A stretch of 64,000 nucleotides of DNA from Myxococcota bacterium. GTDB lineage: Bacteria > Myxococcota_A > UBA9160 > UBA6930. Positions 17,708-27,348 of this stretch are shown here, in pieces. Both the position numbers and the translations under genes were made by a program. The first letter of the stretch is position 1, and every line of letters begins with the position of its first letter. The stretch is taken from contig OZ245002.1 in the NCBI GenBank assembly GCA_965223415.1, positions 672,001 to 736,000 on the forward strand, written 5' to 3'. The notes beneath the pieces were generated by a model, which saw nothing but the letters and a program-made list of their open reading frames with translations, did no database searches and had not been told where the DNA came from.

Positions 17708-18424
17708 TCAGGACCGCCGCGAGCGGGCAGCGCCAACGAGGGCGGCAACACCCAGCAGTCCGACGAGGCCAGGCTCGGGGACCAGCACCGGGATCAGCGA
17801 GAGCTTCTTCGTGATGTCCGACGTGGTCCCGACTTCGCTGCTGGCGACCAGGTTGTTATTGAAGGCGACGGTGAGCTGGGTGGCCCCCGGCACGATGGCC
17901 GCGATGTCCACCGTGGATGCGAGGGTCCAGTTCGTGATGCCGAGATCGCCGGGCAGGGTGTAGAAGAGCTGTGCCACCGGGATCGGGATCACGATCGTGT
18001 TCGCCAGCGCCACGCCGTTCACGTGGGTGACGTTGATGACGCCGCCGATGCCGACGAAGGTGCCCGTGGCCGCGGTGCCCGGGAATCCGACGAGGGTGGT
18101 GTCGCCGAACTCGCTGAAGGTGAGGGACGAGATCGAGCTGCCGCCGGTCGCGGCAATGGTCATCTGGAGCAGGGCGCCGGTCTGGTCGATGCCGCCGCCC
18201 GCGGAGTTGGCCGAGTAGTTGCTCGGATTGAAGGTCAGCTGGTTGCCCACGACCGTGGGCGCCCCGTAGAGCGGCTCCGGATCGCCGAAGATCGAGGTTT
18301 CGCGGACCTGGAGGAAGTCCAAGCTGGTTCCGGAGAAGTTCCCGTGGATGACCGTCGCGAGAGCGGGCTGGGCCAGCACCAGCAGCAGGCCGAGCAACAA
18401 AGGAAAACGCGCAAGTCTCAGCAT
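17708..18424 (-). CDS. PEP-CTERM sorting domain protein
   Basis: Signal peptide; C-terminal VPEPG + hydrophobic helix + RSRRS; Thr/Gly/Ser-rich body. Confidence 0.88.
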   Translation of the reverse strand: MLRLARFPLLLGLLLVLAQPALATVIHGNFSGTSLDFLQVRETSIFGDPEPLYGAPTVVGNQLTFNPSNYSANSAGGGIDQTGALLQMTIAATGGSSISSLTFSEFGDTTLVGFPGTAATGTFVGIGGVINVTHVNGVALANTIVIPIPVAQLFYTLPGDLGITNWTLASTVDIAAIVPGATQLTVAFNNNLVASSEVGTTSDITKKLSLIPVLVPEPGLVGLLGVAALVGAARSRRS

Positions 18425-18501
18425 CGGTCGGAGCCTCCCGTCGCGACTCCCCGAGACTCCTTCCCAGGGAGGCGACCAGCAGTAATCGTGACCGCCAACA
18501 G

Positions 18502-18517
18502 AGCAAGAACCGCGCCA
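18502..18517 (-). promoter_or_regulatory. Sigma-54 (-24/-12) promoter of the PEP-CTERM gene
   Basis: Minus strand reads TGGCGCG-GTTC-TTGCT versus consensus TGGCACG-N4-TTGCW, about 80 bp upstream of the ATG. Confidence 0.7.
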
Positions 18518-18584
18518 TCCGCGAGATCCAGCGCCACAGTACGGAATCCCCTGTGTTTACAAAGACTTGGCTTCACCAGCGGGA

Positions 18585-18600
18585 TGTCCCCGGAGGTACA
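18585..18600. promoter_or_regulatory. Candidate enhancer site TGT-N10-ACA
   Basis: TGTCCCCGGAGGTACA about 70 bp upstream of the -24 box. Confidence 0.4.
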
Positions 18601-18766
18601 CCGTGCAGGCGAGGGAAAACCTCTTCCGCAGATCGCGGAACGCGCTTTCCGACGGACGAAGGGCGCGGGTGACGCGCTTTCCACCCGCAGACACCCCGGC
18701 GGGCCTGGCCGATGGAACCCCCGGGGGCCTGATCTATCCTCGCGCCCTTCGCGAGCGAGGACCCCG

Positions 18767-19960
18767 ATGGCCGACCTGCCCTTCCGCATCTTCGACGGTG
18801 ACAACCACTACTACGAGGCCGAGGACGCCTTCACCCGGCACATGGATCGCCGCATGCAACGCCGCTGCATGCAGTGGGCGGAGGTGAACGGACGCAAGAG
18901 CCTGCTCGTCGCCGGCAAGGTGAACCGCTTCATCCCGAACCCCACCTTCGACCCGGTCGCGCGCCCGGGCTGCCTGGACGAGTACTACCAGGGCAAGAAC
19001 GCCGCCGGGAAGACGATCCGCGACGCCTTCGGCGAGCTGGAGCCGATCCACGTCGAGTATCGCGACCGCGACGCTCGTCTCGAGGTGATGGACGAGCAGG
19101 GCGTGCAGGGCGCCTTCTTCTTCCCGACGCTCGGCGTGGGCATGGAGGAGGCGCTGATCCACGACCCGGAGGCCGTGGTCGCGGCCTTCCGCGCCTTCAA
19201 CCGCTGGCTCGACGAGGACTGGGGGTTCGCGTACGAGGAGCGCATCTTCGCGGCGCCGTACATCACGCTCGTGGACGTAGAGAGCGCGGTGGCGGAGCTC
19301 GAGTGGGCGCTCGAGCGCGACGTGCGCCTCGTCGTGATGCGCTCGGCGCCGGTTCGGACGCCCGGCGTCTCGCGCTCGCTGGCCGACCCGATCTACGATC
19401 CCTACTGGGCGCGGGTGAACGAGGCCGGCATCACCGTCGCGTTCCACGGCGGCGATCCGGGCTACGGCCGCTACCTCGAGGACTGGGGGGAAGGCGGCAC
19501 CGTCCAGAGCTTCAAGAGCTCCGGCTTCAAGAGCGTGATCGGCGGAACCCGCGCGCCCTTCGACACCTTCGCCGCGCTGGTCTGCCACGGCCTCTTCCAC
19601 CGCCACCCGAACCTTCGCATCACCTCGATCGAGATGGGCTCCAACTGGGTGCCGTGGCTGATCCAGAGCTTCCGCCGCGCCTACGGCATCAGCCCCGGCG
19701 ATTTCGTCGAAGACCCGGTGGAGACCCTCCGGCGCCACGTATGGGTGAACCCGTTCCACGAGGACGACGTCCAGCTCCTCGGCGACCTGATGGGCACCGA
19801 CCGCCTCATCATGGGCAGCGACTGGCCTCATGCCGAGGGCATGAAGGCCCCGACCGACTACGTCCGAGAGCTCCGGAGCTTCAGCGATGCCGAGATCAAG
19901 GGGATCATGCGCGAGCACGGCCTCGAGCTGATCACGCCGCGGCCGGCGAGTGCGGCCTAA
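18767..19960 (+). CDS. Amidohydrolase family protein (amidohydro_2)
   Basis: DGDNHYYE, FPTLG, AFNRWLDEDWGF, FHGGD, GSDWPHAEG. Confidence 0.9.
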   Translation: MADLPFRIFDGDNHYYEAEDAFTRHMDRRMQRRCMQWAEVNGRKSLLVAGKVNRFIPNPTFDPVARPGCLDEYYQGKNAAGKTIRDAFGELEPIHVEYRDRDARLEVMDEQGVQGAFFFPTLGVGMEEALIHDPEAVVAAFRAFNRWLDEDWGFAYEERIFAAPYITLVDVESAVAELEWALERDVRLVVMRSAPVRTPGVSRSLADPIYDPYWARVNEAGITVAFHGGDPGYGRYLEDWGEGGTVQSFKSSGFKSVIGGTRAPFDTFAALVCHGLFHRHPNLRITSIEMGSNWVPWLIQSFRRAYGISPGDFVEDPVETLRRHVWVNPFHEDDVQLLGDLMGTDRLIMGSDWPHAEGMKAPTDYVRELRSFSDAEIKGIMREHGLELITPRPASAA

Positions 19961-20991
19961 CGAGCCAGCTCGTTCGCCAGCTCGAGGTAGGCGTCGACGC
20001 GGGCCTCGACGTCTTCGATGGGGCCGGCCTTCATGCCGCCGGAGGCGCCCTGCTTCAGGCGAGCGACGACGCCCTCGACGATGCAGGCCTGCTTCCACCA
20101 GCTGAAGGCGGTGAACCAGTCGGCGTCCGAGAGGTCGAGGCCGGAGCGGCGGGCGTAGAGGTCGGTCACCTCGTCACGCAGCGGGAAGGTCTCGAGCAAC
20201 GTCGGGGGGTCGGTGAGGGCGGTGACGCGATCGGCCGGATCGGCCCAGTAGAGCTGGGACCAGAAGAAGTCGGCGACGGGGTCGCCGAGGGTGCACAGCT
20301 CCCAATCGAGCACCGCCACCACCTGGTGGCGCGGACCCAGGATCGTGTTGTCGAAGCGGTAGTCGCCGTGGGCGAGGGCGGGCGGGGCCTGCGCCTTCGG
20401 CACACTGCGCTCGAAGCGCTCGTGCAGCTCGGCGAGCAGCGGGACCTCGCGGGTCTTCGAGGCCTCGGCCTGCTTGCGCCAGCGACGCAGCTGTCGCTCC
20501 ACGTAGCCGGTGCGGCTGCGGGCCAGCTCGCCCAGACCGATCGCGTCCACGTCGACGGCGTGGAAGGCGATCTGCGTGTCCACCAGCGACTCGGTGGCGT
20601 CGCTCGCCTCGTCGGCGCTGAGCTCGCCGGCCGACGCCCGGTCCCGAAGGACCCGCCCCTCGACGAACTCCATCACGAAGAAGGGCGCCCCCGTCACCTC
20701 CTCGTCGGCGCACAGGCCCAGTGCAAGCGGCACTCGCACGCCGACGTCGTGCCGGGAGAGCGCGTCCATGATCCGGTGCTCGCGCCCAACGTCGTGGGCG
20801 GTGGCGATGCGGCCGGCCACCGGCGGGCGCCGCAGGGCGACCGACCGCCGGTCCGCATCGGTCACGCGGAACGTCAGGTTCGAGCCGCCCGCGGCGATCA
20901 GCTCGAAGTCGAAGGGCGCGACGAGCCCCGGCACCTCGCGGGTGAGCCAGGCGGAAACGCGCTCGACGTCGAGGCCTTCGGGTTCGCTCAC
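19957..20991 (-). CDS. Phosphotransferase family protein (APH/ACAD10-N-like)
   Basis: GGSNLTF, AHDVGRE, HGDYRFDN, VLDWELCTLGDP. Confidence 0.9.
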   Translation of the reverse strand: MSEPEGLDVERVSAWLTREVPGLVAPFDFELIAAGGSNLTFRVTDADRRSVALRRPPVAGRIATAHDVGREHRIMDALSRHDVGVRVPLALGLCADEEVTGAPFFVMEFVEGRVLRDRASAGELSADEASDATESLVDTQIAFHAVDVDAIGLGELARSRTGYVERQLRRWRKQAEASKTREVPLLAELHERFERSVPKAQAPPALAHGDYRFDNTILGPRHQVVAVLDWELCTLGDPVADFFWSQLYWADPADRVTALTDPPTLLETFPLRDEVTDLYARRSGLDLSDADWFTAFSWWKQACIVEGVVARLKQGASGGMKAGPIEDVEARVDAYLELANELAR

Positions 20992-21031
20992 GGGCCTGCC
21001 AGCTTAGCGCCGCGCGGGGTAGGCTCGCCCC

Positions 21032-21613
21032 ATGGCTCCCCGCGGCTGGAGACTCACCTGGATCCTGGCCCTCGGCCTGCTCGCCATGAGCGCGGGCCTC
21101 CTCCTGATCTACGGCTCCGGGGAGGAGGGCGTCCGCGTGTGGACCCGCGCGACCGCGCGCACCTCGGCCCTCCTCTTCCTGACGACCTTCCTCGCCCGCC
21201 CCCTCCACCAGCTCCTGCGTGCCGACGCGACCCGCTGGATGATGAAGAGCCGGCGCTACGTCGGCGTGTCGGCGGCGTTCTCCCACCTTCTCCATCTGGC
21301 CGCCGTGCTCTGGCTCGTCTTCGGCTGGCCCGAGAGCTCCCCGGTGGACCCGATCACGCTCGTCTTCGGCGGGCTGGGCTTCGCGGTGTTCTTCGCGATG
21401 GGCCTCACCTCGTCCGACCGGGCGGTCCGGGCCCTCGGCGCGGGCTGGAAGCGCCTCCACAAATTCGGCGCTTGGTACCTGTGGTTCATCTTCACCCAGT
21501 CCTACCTGGGCACGTCCCATCCGCTGGGCTTCGCGCTCCTGGCGGCCCTCGCCGCCGCCGCCCTGCTGCGGGCCATGGTCGCCCGGAAGCAGCGCGCGCA
21601 GGCCGTCGCCTAG
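21032..21613 (+). CDS. Ferric reductase-like (MsrQ-type) transmembrane protein
   Basis: RRYVGV...SHLLHL, TSSD...WKRLHK heme-ligand motifs, about 6 TM. Confidence 0.7.
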   Translation: MAPRGWRLTWILALGLLAMSAGLLLIYGSGEEGVRVWTRATARTSALLFLTTFLARPLHQLLRADATRWMMKSRRYVGVSAAFSHLLHLAAVLWLVFGWPESSPVDPITLVFGGLGFAVFFAMGLTSSDRAVRALGAGWKRLHKFGAWYLWFIFTQSYLGTSHPLGFALLAALAAAALLRAMVARKQRAQAVA

Positions 21614-21636
21614 CGAAGGGGAGCCGATCCCGATCG

Positions 21637-22026
21637 ATGCTCCGCCTGCTCTTCGTCTGCGTCGAGAACGCCAACCGCAGCCAGATGGCCGAGGCCTTCG
21701 CGCGCCTGCACGGCGGCAGCGAGGTGCGTGCGCAGAGCGCCGGCTCGATGCCCTCGGGGCGGATCAACCCGAAGGCCGTGGCGAGCATGGCCGAGCGCGG
21801 CATCGACCTCTCCGCCCAGCACTCGACCGGGCTCGAGGCGCTGGGCGACGTCGAGTTCGACGCGGCGGTCACCATGGGCTGCGGCGACGCCTGCCCGAAC
21901 GTCCGGGCGCGCCTTCGCGAGGACTGGGAGATCCCGGACCCGCGCGACATGGAGCCCGACGCCTTCGCCCGGGTGCGCGACGAGATCGAACGCCGGGTCG
22001 TGGACCTGCTCGCCCGCCTGGGCTGA
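21637..22026 (+). CDS. arsC: Arsenate reductase / LMW phosphatase family
   Basis: FVCVENANRSQMAE P-loop, TMGCGDACP, WEIPDP, RVRDEI. Confidence 0.8.
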   Translation: MLRLLFVCVENANRSQMAEAFARLHGGSEVRAQSAGSMPSGRINPKAVASMAERGIDLSAQHSTGLEALGDVEFDAAVTMGCGDACPNVRARLREDWEIPDPRDMEPDAFARVRDEIERRVVDLLARLG

Positions 22027-22093
22027 CTCGGGCGTTCCCCCGATCGGGCCCGGGCGCGGACCCGCCGATGGACCCTGGAGGGGGGACGAGGCG

Positions 22094-22606
22094 ATGGGAA
22101 GCCTGCTGCGGGCGTGGGTCGGGGCCGGCGTCATGCTCCTGGTGGCTGCGCCGAGCCACGGCGCCGGCGTCCACTTCCCCGGCGCCGGCTGCGCCTTCGA
22201 CCACTGGCCCCAGACCGGCTGGCGCGTCGCGCCTCCGGCGGAAGGCGAGAACGGGAGCCAGCTCCTGCGGGCGAGCCACGAGCCCCGCCTCGGGCTGGCC
22301 CTGGAGGCGTGGGTCGGACCGATCGGCGCCGCGCCGGACGAGGGCAGAAGCTCCGAGGAGCTGCAGCGAGCCGCCCTCGAGAAGCGCGGCTGGACGGTCT
22401 CACGGGTGGATCGCGCACCGGTCGGCGACCAGCTCGCCCTGCGCGCACGCGCCCACCGCCGCGCCGCGGGCCGCGCCTTCCTGATGGAGGAGTACGCCTT
22501 CGAGGCCGCCGGCCGCCGCTACACCCTGCGCGTCACCGCCCGCGGCGTCGGCGCGCTCCAGAGCCCGCACGTGCAGCGCTGGCTGCGGTCCTTCCGGCTG
22601 CTCTGA
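22094..22606 (+). CDS. Hypothetical exported protein
   Basis: Signal peptide-like N-terminus, ends WLRSFRLL; fills the intergenic space. Confidence 0.5.
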   Translation: MGSLLRAWVGAGVMLLVAAPSHGAGVHFPGAGCAFDHWPQTGWRVAPPAEGENGSQLLRASHEPRLGLALEAWVGPIGAAPDEGRSSEELQRAALEKRGWTVSRVDRAPVGDQLALRARAHRRAAGRAFLMEEYAFEAAGRRYTLRVTARGVGALQSPHVQRWLRSFRLL

Positions 22607-22652
22607 GCTCCGCCATGACCGGGGCACGACCGACGTGCCATCCTCCCTTCCC

Positions 22653-23405
22653 ATGGACACGCTGAAGCTGCGCATCGAGCACCAGCGGCCGGAGCCGGTC
22701 GAGGACCGGCCCGAGGGCTTCGTGTGGATCGAGCAGGGGCCCCATCGCGCGGTGCTGCTCACGCCGGACGAGATCGACGACGACCGGACCTACCCGTTGA
22801 TCACCGTCCTCCACGGCGCCGGGCGTCAGGACGAGATGCTGCTGAAGGGCTGTCAGGGCGAGCCGGAGCGCCGGCAGGCCTTCTTCCTGATCCCGCGTTC
22901 GCTCCACATGACCTGGGACCTGATCGCCCTCGGCGTCTCGGGCGGCGCCGCCCTCGACCCGGCCGCCGGCTCGCCGACCTCCGAACGCCCGGACCTCGAC
23001 TTCCTCGAGTACGCTTACGACCTCATCTGGCGGCGCTTCCCCGTCGACCCGGAACGCCAGGGCCTACTGGGCTACTCCGACGGCGCCAGCTACGGGCTCT
23101 CCCTCGGCCTCTCGAACCCGGACATCTTCCGGGCGGTGATGGCCTGGGCCGCGGGCTTTCTGGCCATCGATGGGAACGCCATTCCGGAGGGCGCGCGGAA
23201 GCCGCCGATCTACCTGGAGTACGGCACCCACGACGAGCTCTTCGACTTCGACCAGGTGGCGAAGCCCATGCGCCACAACCTCCTGGAGCTCGGCTACGAG
23301 GTGTCCTTCCACGCCGACCAGGGCGGCCGGCACTGGCCGTCGAGCACCTTCCAGGACGAGGCCCTCGACTGGTTCTTCAGCGAGCCCTGGGAGACACGAA
23401 GCTAG
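22653..23405 (+). CDS. Phospholipase/carboxylesterase-type alpha/beta hydrolase
   Basis: VLHGAG, GYSDGAS nucleophile elbow, YGTHDE, GGRH. Confidence 0.8.
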   Translation: MDTLKLRIEHQRPEPVEDRPEGFVWIEQGPHRAVLLTPDEIDDDRTYPLITVLHGAGRQDEMLLKGCQGEPERRQAFFLIPRSLHMTWDLIALGVSGGAALDPAAGSPTSERPDLDFLEYAYDLIWRRFPVDPERQGLLGYSDGASYGLSLGLSNPDIFRAVMAWAAGFLAIDGNAIPEGARKPPIYLEYGTHDELFDFDQVAKPMRHNLLELGYEVSFHADQGGRHWPSSTFQDEALDWFFSEPWETRS

Positions 23406-23420
23406 GCGCCCCGGGGCGCC

Positions 23421-24671
23421 CTACCCGGAAGCGGAACCGACCTCCACCGGCAGGTTCTTCGGCCGGCGGAAGAAGCCGGTCGGCTCGAACTCCATCAGGT
23501 CGTCTCGCACCCGGGAGCCGGGGGGCAGGATCTCGAGGGCCGCCTCGACCATGGCGCCCATCTCGCCGCGGGCCAGGTTGGCGCCGAGGCAGTAGTGGGG
23601 GCCGTTGCCGAAGACGGTGAGCTCCCGGCAGTCCCGGTCGATGTCGAAGCGGTCGGGGTCGTCCCAGACCTCCGGGTCGCGGTTCGCGCCGGAGAAGGAG
23701 AGCATGAGCATCTGGCCCTTGCGGATCGCCTGGCCCCGCAGCTCGAAATCGCGCAGCGCGTAGCGCGGCAGCCCGCCGACGCCGCCGAAGCCGAAGCGCA
23801 TGATCTCGTTGACGGCGTTCGGGACCAGCGCGCGGTCGGCCCGCAGCCGTGCCGCCTCCTCCGGGTGGTTCAGCAGGGTGAGGATCGCGACCATCCCGCC
23901 CAGGGCCGTGGTCTCGCTGCCCGCGCCGATCAGTCCGGTGATGAGGGTGATGATCTCGTTGTCGGCGAGCTTCTCGTCCCCCTGGGCGCGGATGAGGTCG
24001 GAGATCAGGTCCTCGCGCAGCGCGTCGCGCCGCTCCTGCGCCAGCTCGCGCACCCAGGTGGCGAGCTCCGTGAACGCCTCCTCGCTCGCCTTCTTCACCG
24101 CTTCCTCGGCGAAGGAGAAGAAGCCGCGGATCGTCGCCTGGGCCAGCTCGCGGAAACGCACCTCGTCGTCGCCCGGCGGCACGCCGGTGATGCGACTGAT
24201 CACCACGTTGGGGATCGGACTCGTGAAGTCGTTCATGAGGTCGAGGACCTCGCCGGGGCGGTCCCGCAGCGGCGCGGCGTGCTGCTCGACCACGGCGCGG
24301 ATCTGCTCGTCCATGCGGCGTACCGCCCGGGGCGTGAAGGCCGCGGACACGAGACGCCGCACCCGGGCGTGATCCGCCGGCGCCATCGCGAAGAGCCCGT
24401 TGTCCTCGGACCAACGCACGATCGAACCGGGCTCGCCGCGGGGTACGTGGTGCTCGTAGGCGCGGCGGTCGTTGGTAACGTTCTCGGGATCGTTGAACAG
24501 CCGCTTCACGTCGTCGTGGCGCGTGACGAGCCAGAACCCCAGGCCGGGCACCAGGTGCACCGGATCCTCGGCGCGCAGGCGATGGACGATCGCGTTGGTC
24601 TCCTCCGGGTCCTCCGCGCGAAGCGCGTCGAAGAAGGGATCCTCCGGGGGATCGGGCATGCCCGCGACCAT
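23421..24671 (-). CDS. Cytochrome P450
   Basis: AGSETT I-helix, EIMR, ANRDP, FGNGPHYCLG heme motif. Confidence 0.95.
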   Translation of the reverse strand: MVAGMPDPPEDPFFDALRAEDPEETNAIVHRLRAEDPVHLVPGLGFWLVTRHDDVKRLFNDPENVTNDRRAYEHHVPRGEPGSIVRWSEDNGLFAMAPADHARVRRLVSAAFTPRAVRRMDEQIRAVVEQHAAPLRDRPGEVLDLMNDFTSPIPNVVISRITGVPPGDDEVRFRELAQATIRGFFSFAEEAVKKASEEAFTELATWVRELAQERRDALREDLISDLIRAQGDEKLADNEIITLITGLIGAGSETTALGGMVAILTLLNHPEEAARLRADRALVPNAVNEIMRFGFGGVGGLPRYALRDFELRGQAIRKGQMLMLSFSGANRDPEVWDDPDRFDIDRDCRELTVFGNGPHYCLGANLARGEMGAMVEAALEILPPGSRVRDDLMEFEPTGFFRRPKNLPVEVGSASG

Positions 24672-24762
24672 GGCCACCTCCTTGCTGGGGAAGCCTACCT
24701 GCTTGCGGAATCCGGTTGCCACACGGGGACCCGGTGCCCATGATGCCCGCAGGAGGTGCCCC

Positions 24763-25323
24763 ATGTCCGAGACCCCGACGATTCCCGATGGACCCCCCGC
24801 GACCCAGCGGAGCTTCGGCGAGCGGCTGATCGGTTCGCTGATGCTCGATGCCAGCGTCTACGAGGAGGTGGAGCACGATGCCACAGCCATGGGGCAGGCC
24901 GCGGGGGTCGTAGCCCTCAGCGCCGTCGCCGCCGGCATCGGAACGGGAAGCCTCAGCGGCCTGATCGGCGGCGTGCTGGCGGGCCTGCTCGGCTGGGTGA
25001 TCGGAGCGGCCGTGGTGTGGCTGGTCGGAGTGCAGCTGATGGGCCACAGCTCCGACATGCCCGAGCTGCTGCGGGCCCTGGGCTTCGCCTCGGCCCCGGG
25101 CGTGATCGCCGTCCTGGGGATCATCCCTGTGGTGGGATGGCTGGGCGTGATCGCGGCGATGGTCCTCTCGCTGATCGCCTGGGTGCTGGCGGTCCGGCAG
25201 GCCCTGGACGTGGACACGGGCCGGGCCGTGGTCGTGTGCATCCTGGTCGTCCTCGCGAGCATCGCCATCCGCTTCGTGCTCGCGGCTCTCGGCCTGGGCA
25301 TGCTCACCGCCGCCACCGCCTGA
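24763..25323 (+). CDS. YIP1 family membrane protein
   Basis: YEEVEHD..A..QA, LRALGFASAPG, AVRQALD; AGGAGG RBS. Confidence 0.75.
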   Translation: MSETPTIPDGPPATQRSFGERLIGSLMLDASVYEEVEHDATAMGQAAGVVALSAVAAGIGTGSLSGLIGGVLAGLLGWVIGAAVVWLVGVQLMGHSSDMPELLRALGFASAPGVIAVLGIIPVVGWLGVIAAMVLSLIAWVLAVRQALDVDTGRAVVVCILVVLASIAIRFVLAALGLGMLTAATA

Positions 25324-25370
25324 AGCGGTGGCTGCGGTATCCTCCGCCGCCCGAGAGCAGCGGAGGACCC

Positions 25371-25862
25371 ATGGCCGAGAAGATCGAGATCACCGACGAG
25401 ATGCAGGCCGCGGTCGGCGTCGAGGGCGCCCCGTGGACCTACGAAGTCACCACCACCAGCGTGCGCGCCTTCGCCCGGGGCGTGGGCTACACGGACCGCG
25501 TCTACTTCGACGAGGCGGCCGCCAAGGCCGCCGGCTACCGCTCCCTGCCCTGCCCGCCCACCTACCTGGGCACCCCGATCTTCATTCCGGGCGAGAGCAA
25601 CGACACCTTCAGCGGCCCGAAGAACACGGGACCGGGCGTGAAGCACGGCCTGAAGAACGTCCTCGACGGCGGCACCGAGACCGAGTGCTTCTCCGACATC
25701 TGTGCCGGTGACACGCTCACCGTCTCGTCCAAGGTGGCGGACCTCACCGTCCGGGAGAGCAAGACCACCGGCCAGATGCTGATCGTCACGAGCGAGACCA
25801 CCTACGTGAACCAGGACGGCGCGGTCGTCGCGAAGCAGCGCGGCCAGGGCCTCTTCTACTAG
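25371..25862 (+). CDS. MaoC-like dehydratase N-terminal domain protein (hotdog fold)
   Basis: VRAFARGVG, YFDEAAAKAAGYRSLPCPPTY, TYVNQDG. Confidence 0.8.
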   Translation: MAEKIEITDEMQAAVGVEGAPWTYEVTTTSVRAFARGVGYTDRVYFDEAAAKAAGYRSLPCPPTYLGTPIFIPGESNDTFSGPKNTGPGVKHGLKNVLDGGTETECFSDICAGDTLTVSSKVADLTVRESKTTGQMLIVTSETTYVNQDGAVVAKQRGQGLFY

Positions 25863-25878
25863 GCGACCCGGAGCGACC

Positions 25879-26298
25879 ATGCCCCTCACCTACGACGCAT
25901 TCAAGGAAGGTGACGCCCTCCCCGAGCTGAAGAAGGCTCCGGGGGTCACCCAGCTGGTGAAGTACGCGGCCGGCGGCGGCGACTTCAATCCCCTCCACCA
26001 CGACTTCGCCTTCCCCCAGAGCAAGGCCCTCGGCTCGATCATCATCCACGGCCGCTTCAAGTACGCGGCCCTCGGCGAGCTCGTCTCCAACTGGCTCGAC
26101 CACGGCGGCAGGATCAAGAAACTCGCCTGCCAGTACCGGGGCATGGACCTGCCGGACAAGGAGATGACCCTCGGCGGGACCGTGAAGCGGAAGTGGGAAG
26201 AAGGCGGAGAGAAGCTGGCGGAGCTCGAGCTGTACGCGAACAATGCCGAGGGCAAGAACACGACGCCGGGCAGCGCGATCGTCTCGCTGAACGCCTAG
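25879..26298 (+). CDS. MaoC family dehydratase (catalytic hotdog subunit)
   Basis: YAAGGGDFNPLHHD hydratase-2 motif, IIHG. Confidence 0.85.
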   Translation: MPLTYDAFKEGDALPELKKAPGVTQLVKYAAGGGDFNPLHHDFAFPQSKALGSIIIHGRFKYAALGELVSNWLDHGGRIKKLACQYRGMDLPDKEMTLGGTVKRKWEEGGEKLAELELYANNAEGKNTTPGSAIVSLNA

Positions 26299-26472
26299 AA
26301 CGCGGGGTCGTGCACGCGCGGGCGCCCCGGGCGCGCTAGTCCGAAGACGGATCGGCCTCGAGCTGCGCAAGGGCGCCCGGAGCGCGGCCGGCCAGGAGCG
26401 CTCACAGGCGTTCCAGGTCGTCCTTCCGGCGGGCGGACCTCCGGCACCCTCTCAGGCCGTGGATCCGGCCAC

Positions 26473-27300
26473 TCACTCCTTGGTGCGATAGTCCCCGAAC
26501 TTCGCGTCGCGCTTGTCGAGGGCGTGGGTGACGCCCTTGGCGAACTCCTTCAGGTAGTCCCGGGACGATTTCTGGTGGAAGGCCAGGGCCTGGATCTCGG
26601 TGCCGGCGCGGATGGCGGCGCGCAGGCCCATGATCTCCATGGCGCGGTGGACGCTGCGCTTGTTCAGCTGCTGGAGATCGCTCGGGATCTTGGCGATGCG
26701 CTCGGCCAGGTCGAGGACGCCCGCCTCGAGGGCGTCGTTCGGGAAGCAGCGGTTGGCGAGACCCATGCGCACCGCCTCGGCGCCGTCGACCGAGTCGCCG
26801 GTGAGCATCAGCTCCATGGCGTTGCGCATGCCCGCGAGCCAGGGATGGAACTGGCTGTCCGGCGGGCTCATGAGCCGTACCGGCGGGTAGCCGACCTTCG
26901 CGTCCTCGGAGACGTAGGCCAGATCGCAGGCGGCCATGAGCTCGGAGCCGCCGGCCAGGCAGTAGCCGTGGACCTGGGCGATGACGGGCTTCTGGAGGTC
27001 CCAGATGCGGAAGGCGCCCTCGACCACGTGACGCGGCCAGAAGCCGTCGCCGCCGGCGCTGAAGAAGGGCTGGTGCTCGGCGTTGTTCGAGCCCAGGTCG
27101 TAGCCGGCGGAGAAGCACTTGCCGGCGCCGCGGATCACGGCCACGTGGACCTCCGGATCGCGGTCGGCGGCCTCCAGGGCGTCGAAGAGCTCGCCGCGCA
27201 GGCGGTTCGAGAGGGCGTTGCGCTTCTCGGGCCGGTTCAGGGTGATCCGGCGGACGCGGGGCCGCGGATCGTCCACCAGGATCAGCTCGTAGTCGGTCAC
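26473..27300 (-). CDS. Enoyl-CoA hydratase/isomerase
   Basis: ITLNRPEKRNALS, FSAGYDL, KPVIAQVHGYCLAGG; GGAGG RBS before GTG 27300. Confidence 0.9.
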   Translation of the reverse strand: MTDYELILVDDPRPRVRRITLNRPEKRNALSNRLRGELFDALEAADRDPEVHVAVIRGAGKCFSAGYDLGSNNAEHQPFFSAGGDGFWPRHVVEGAFRIWDLQKPVIAQVHGYCLAGGSELMAACDLAYVSEDAKVGYPPVRLMSPPDSQFHPWLAGMRNAMELMLTGDSVDGAEAVRMGLANRCFPNDALEAGVLDLAERIAKIPSDLQQLNKRSVHRAMEIMGLRAAIRAGTEIQALAFHQKSSRDYLKEFAKGVTHALDKRDAKFGDYRTKE

Positions 27301-27348
27301 GGGGATACACCTCCGCGCCGCAGCGTAGCGCCGTTGTAGAATGGCCCC

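Noticed and set aside
21032..22026. Arsenic-resistance operon or MsrPQ system
   Set aside because: No arsR, arsB/acr3 or msrP is adjacent
23421..27300. P450, MaoC pair and enoyl-CoA hydratase as a secondary-metabolite cluster
   Set aside because: Mixed orientations and no PKS, NRPS, terpene or RiPP core gene; better explained as scattered lipid catabolism genes
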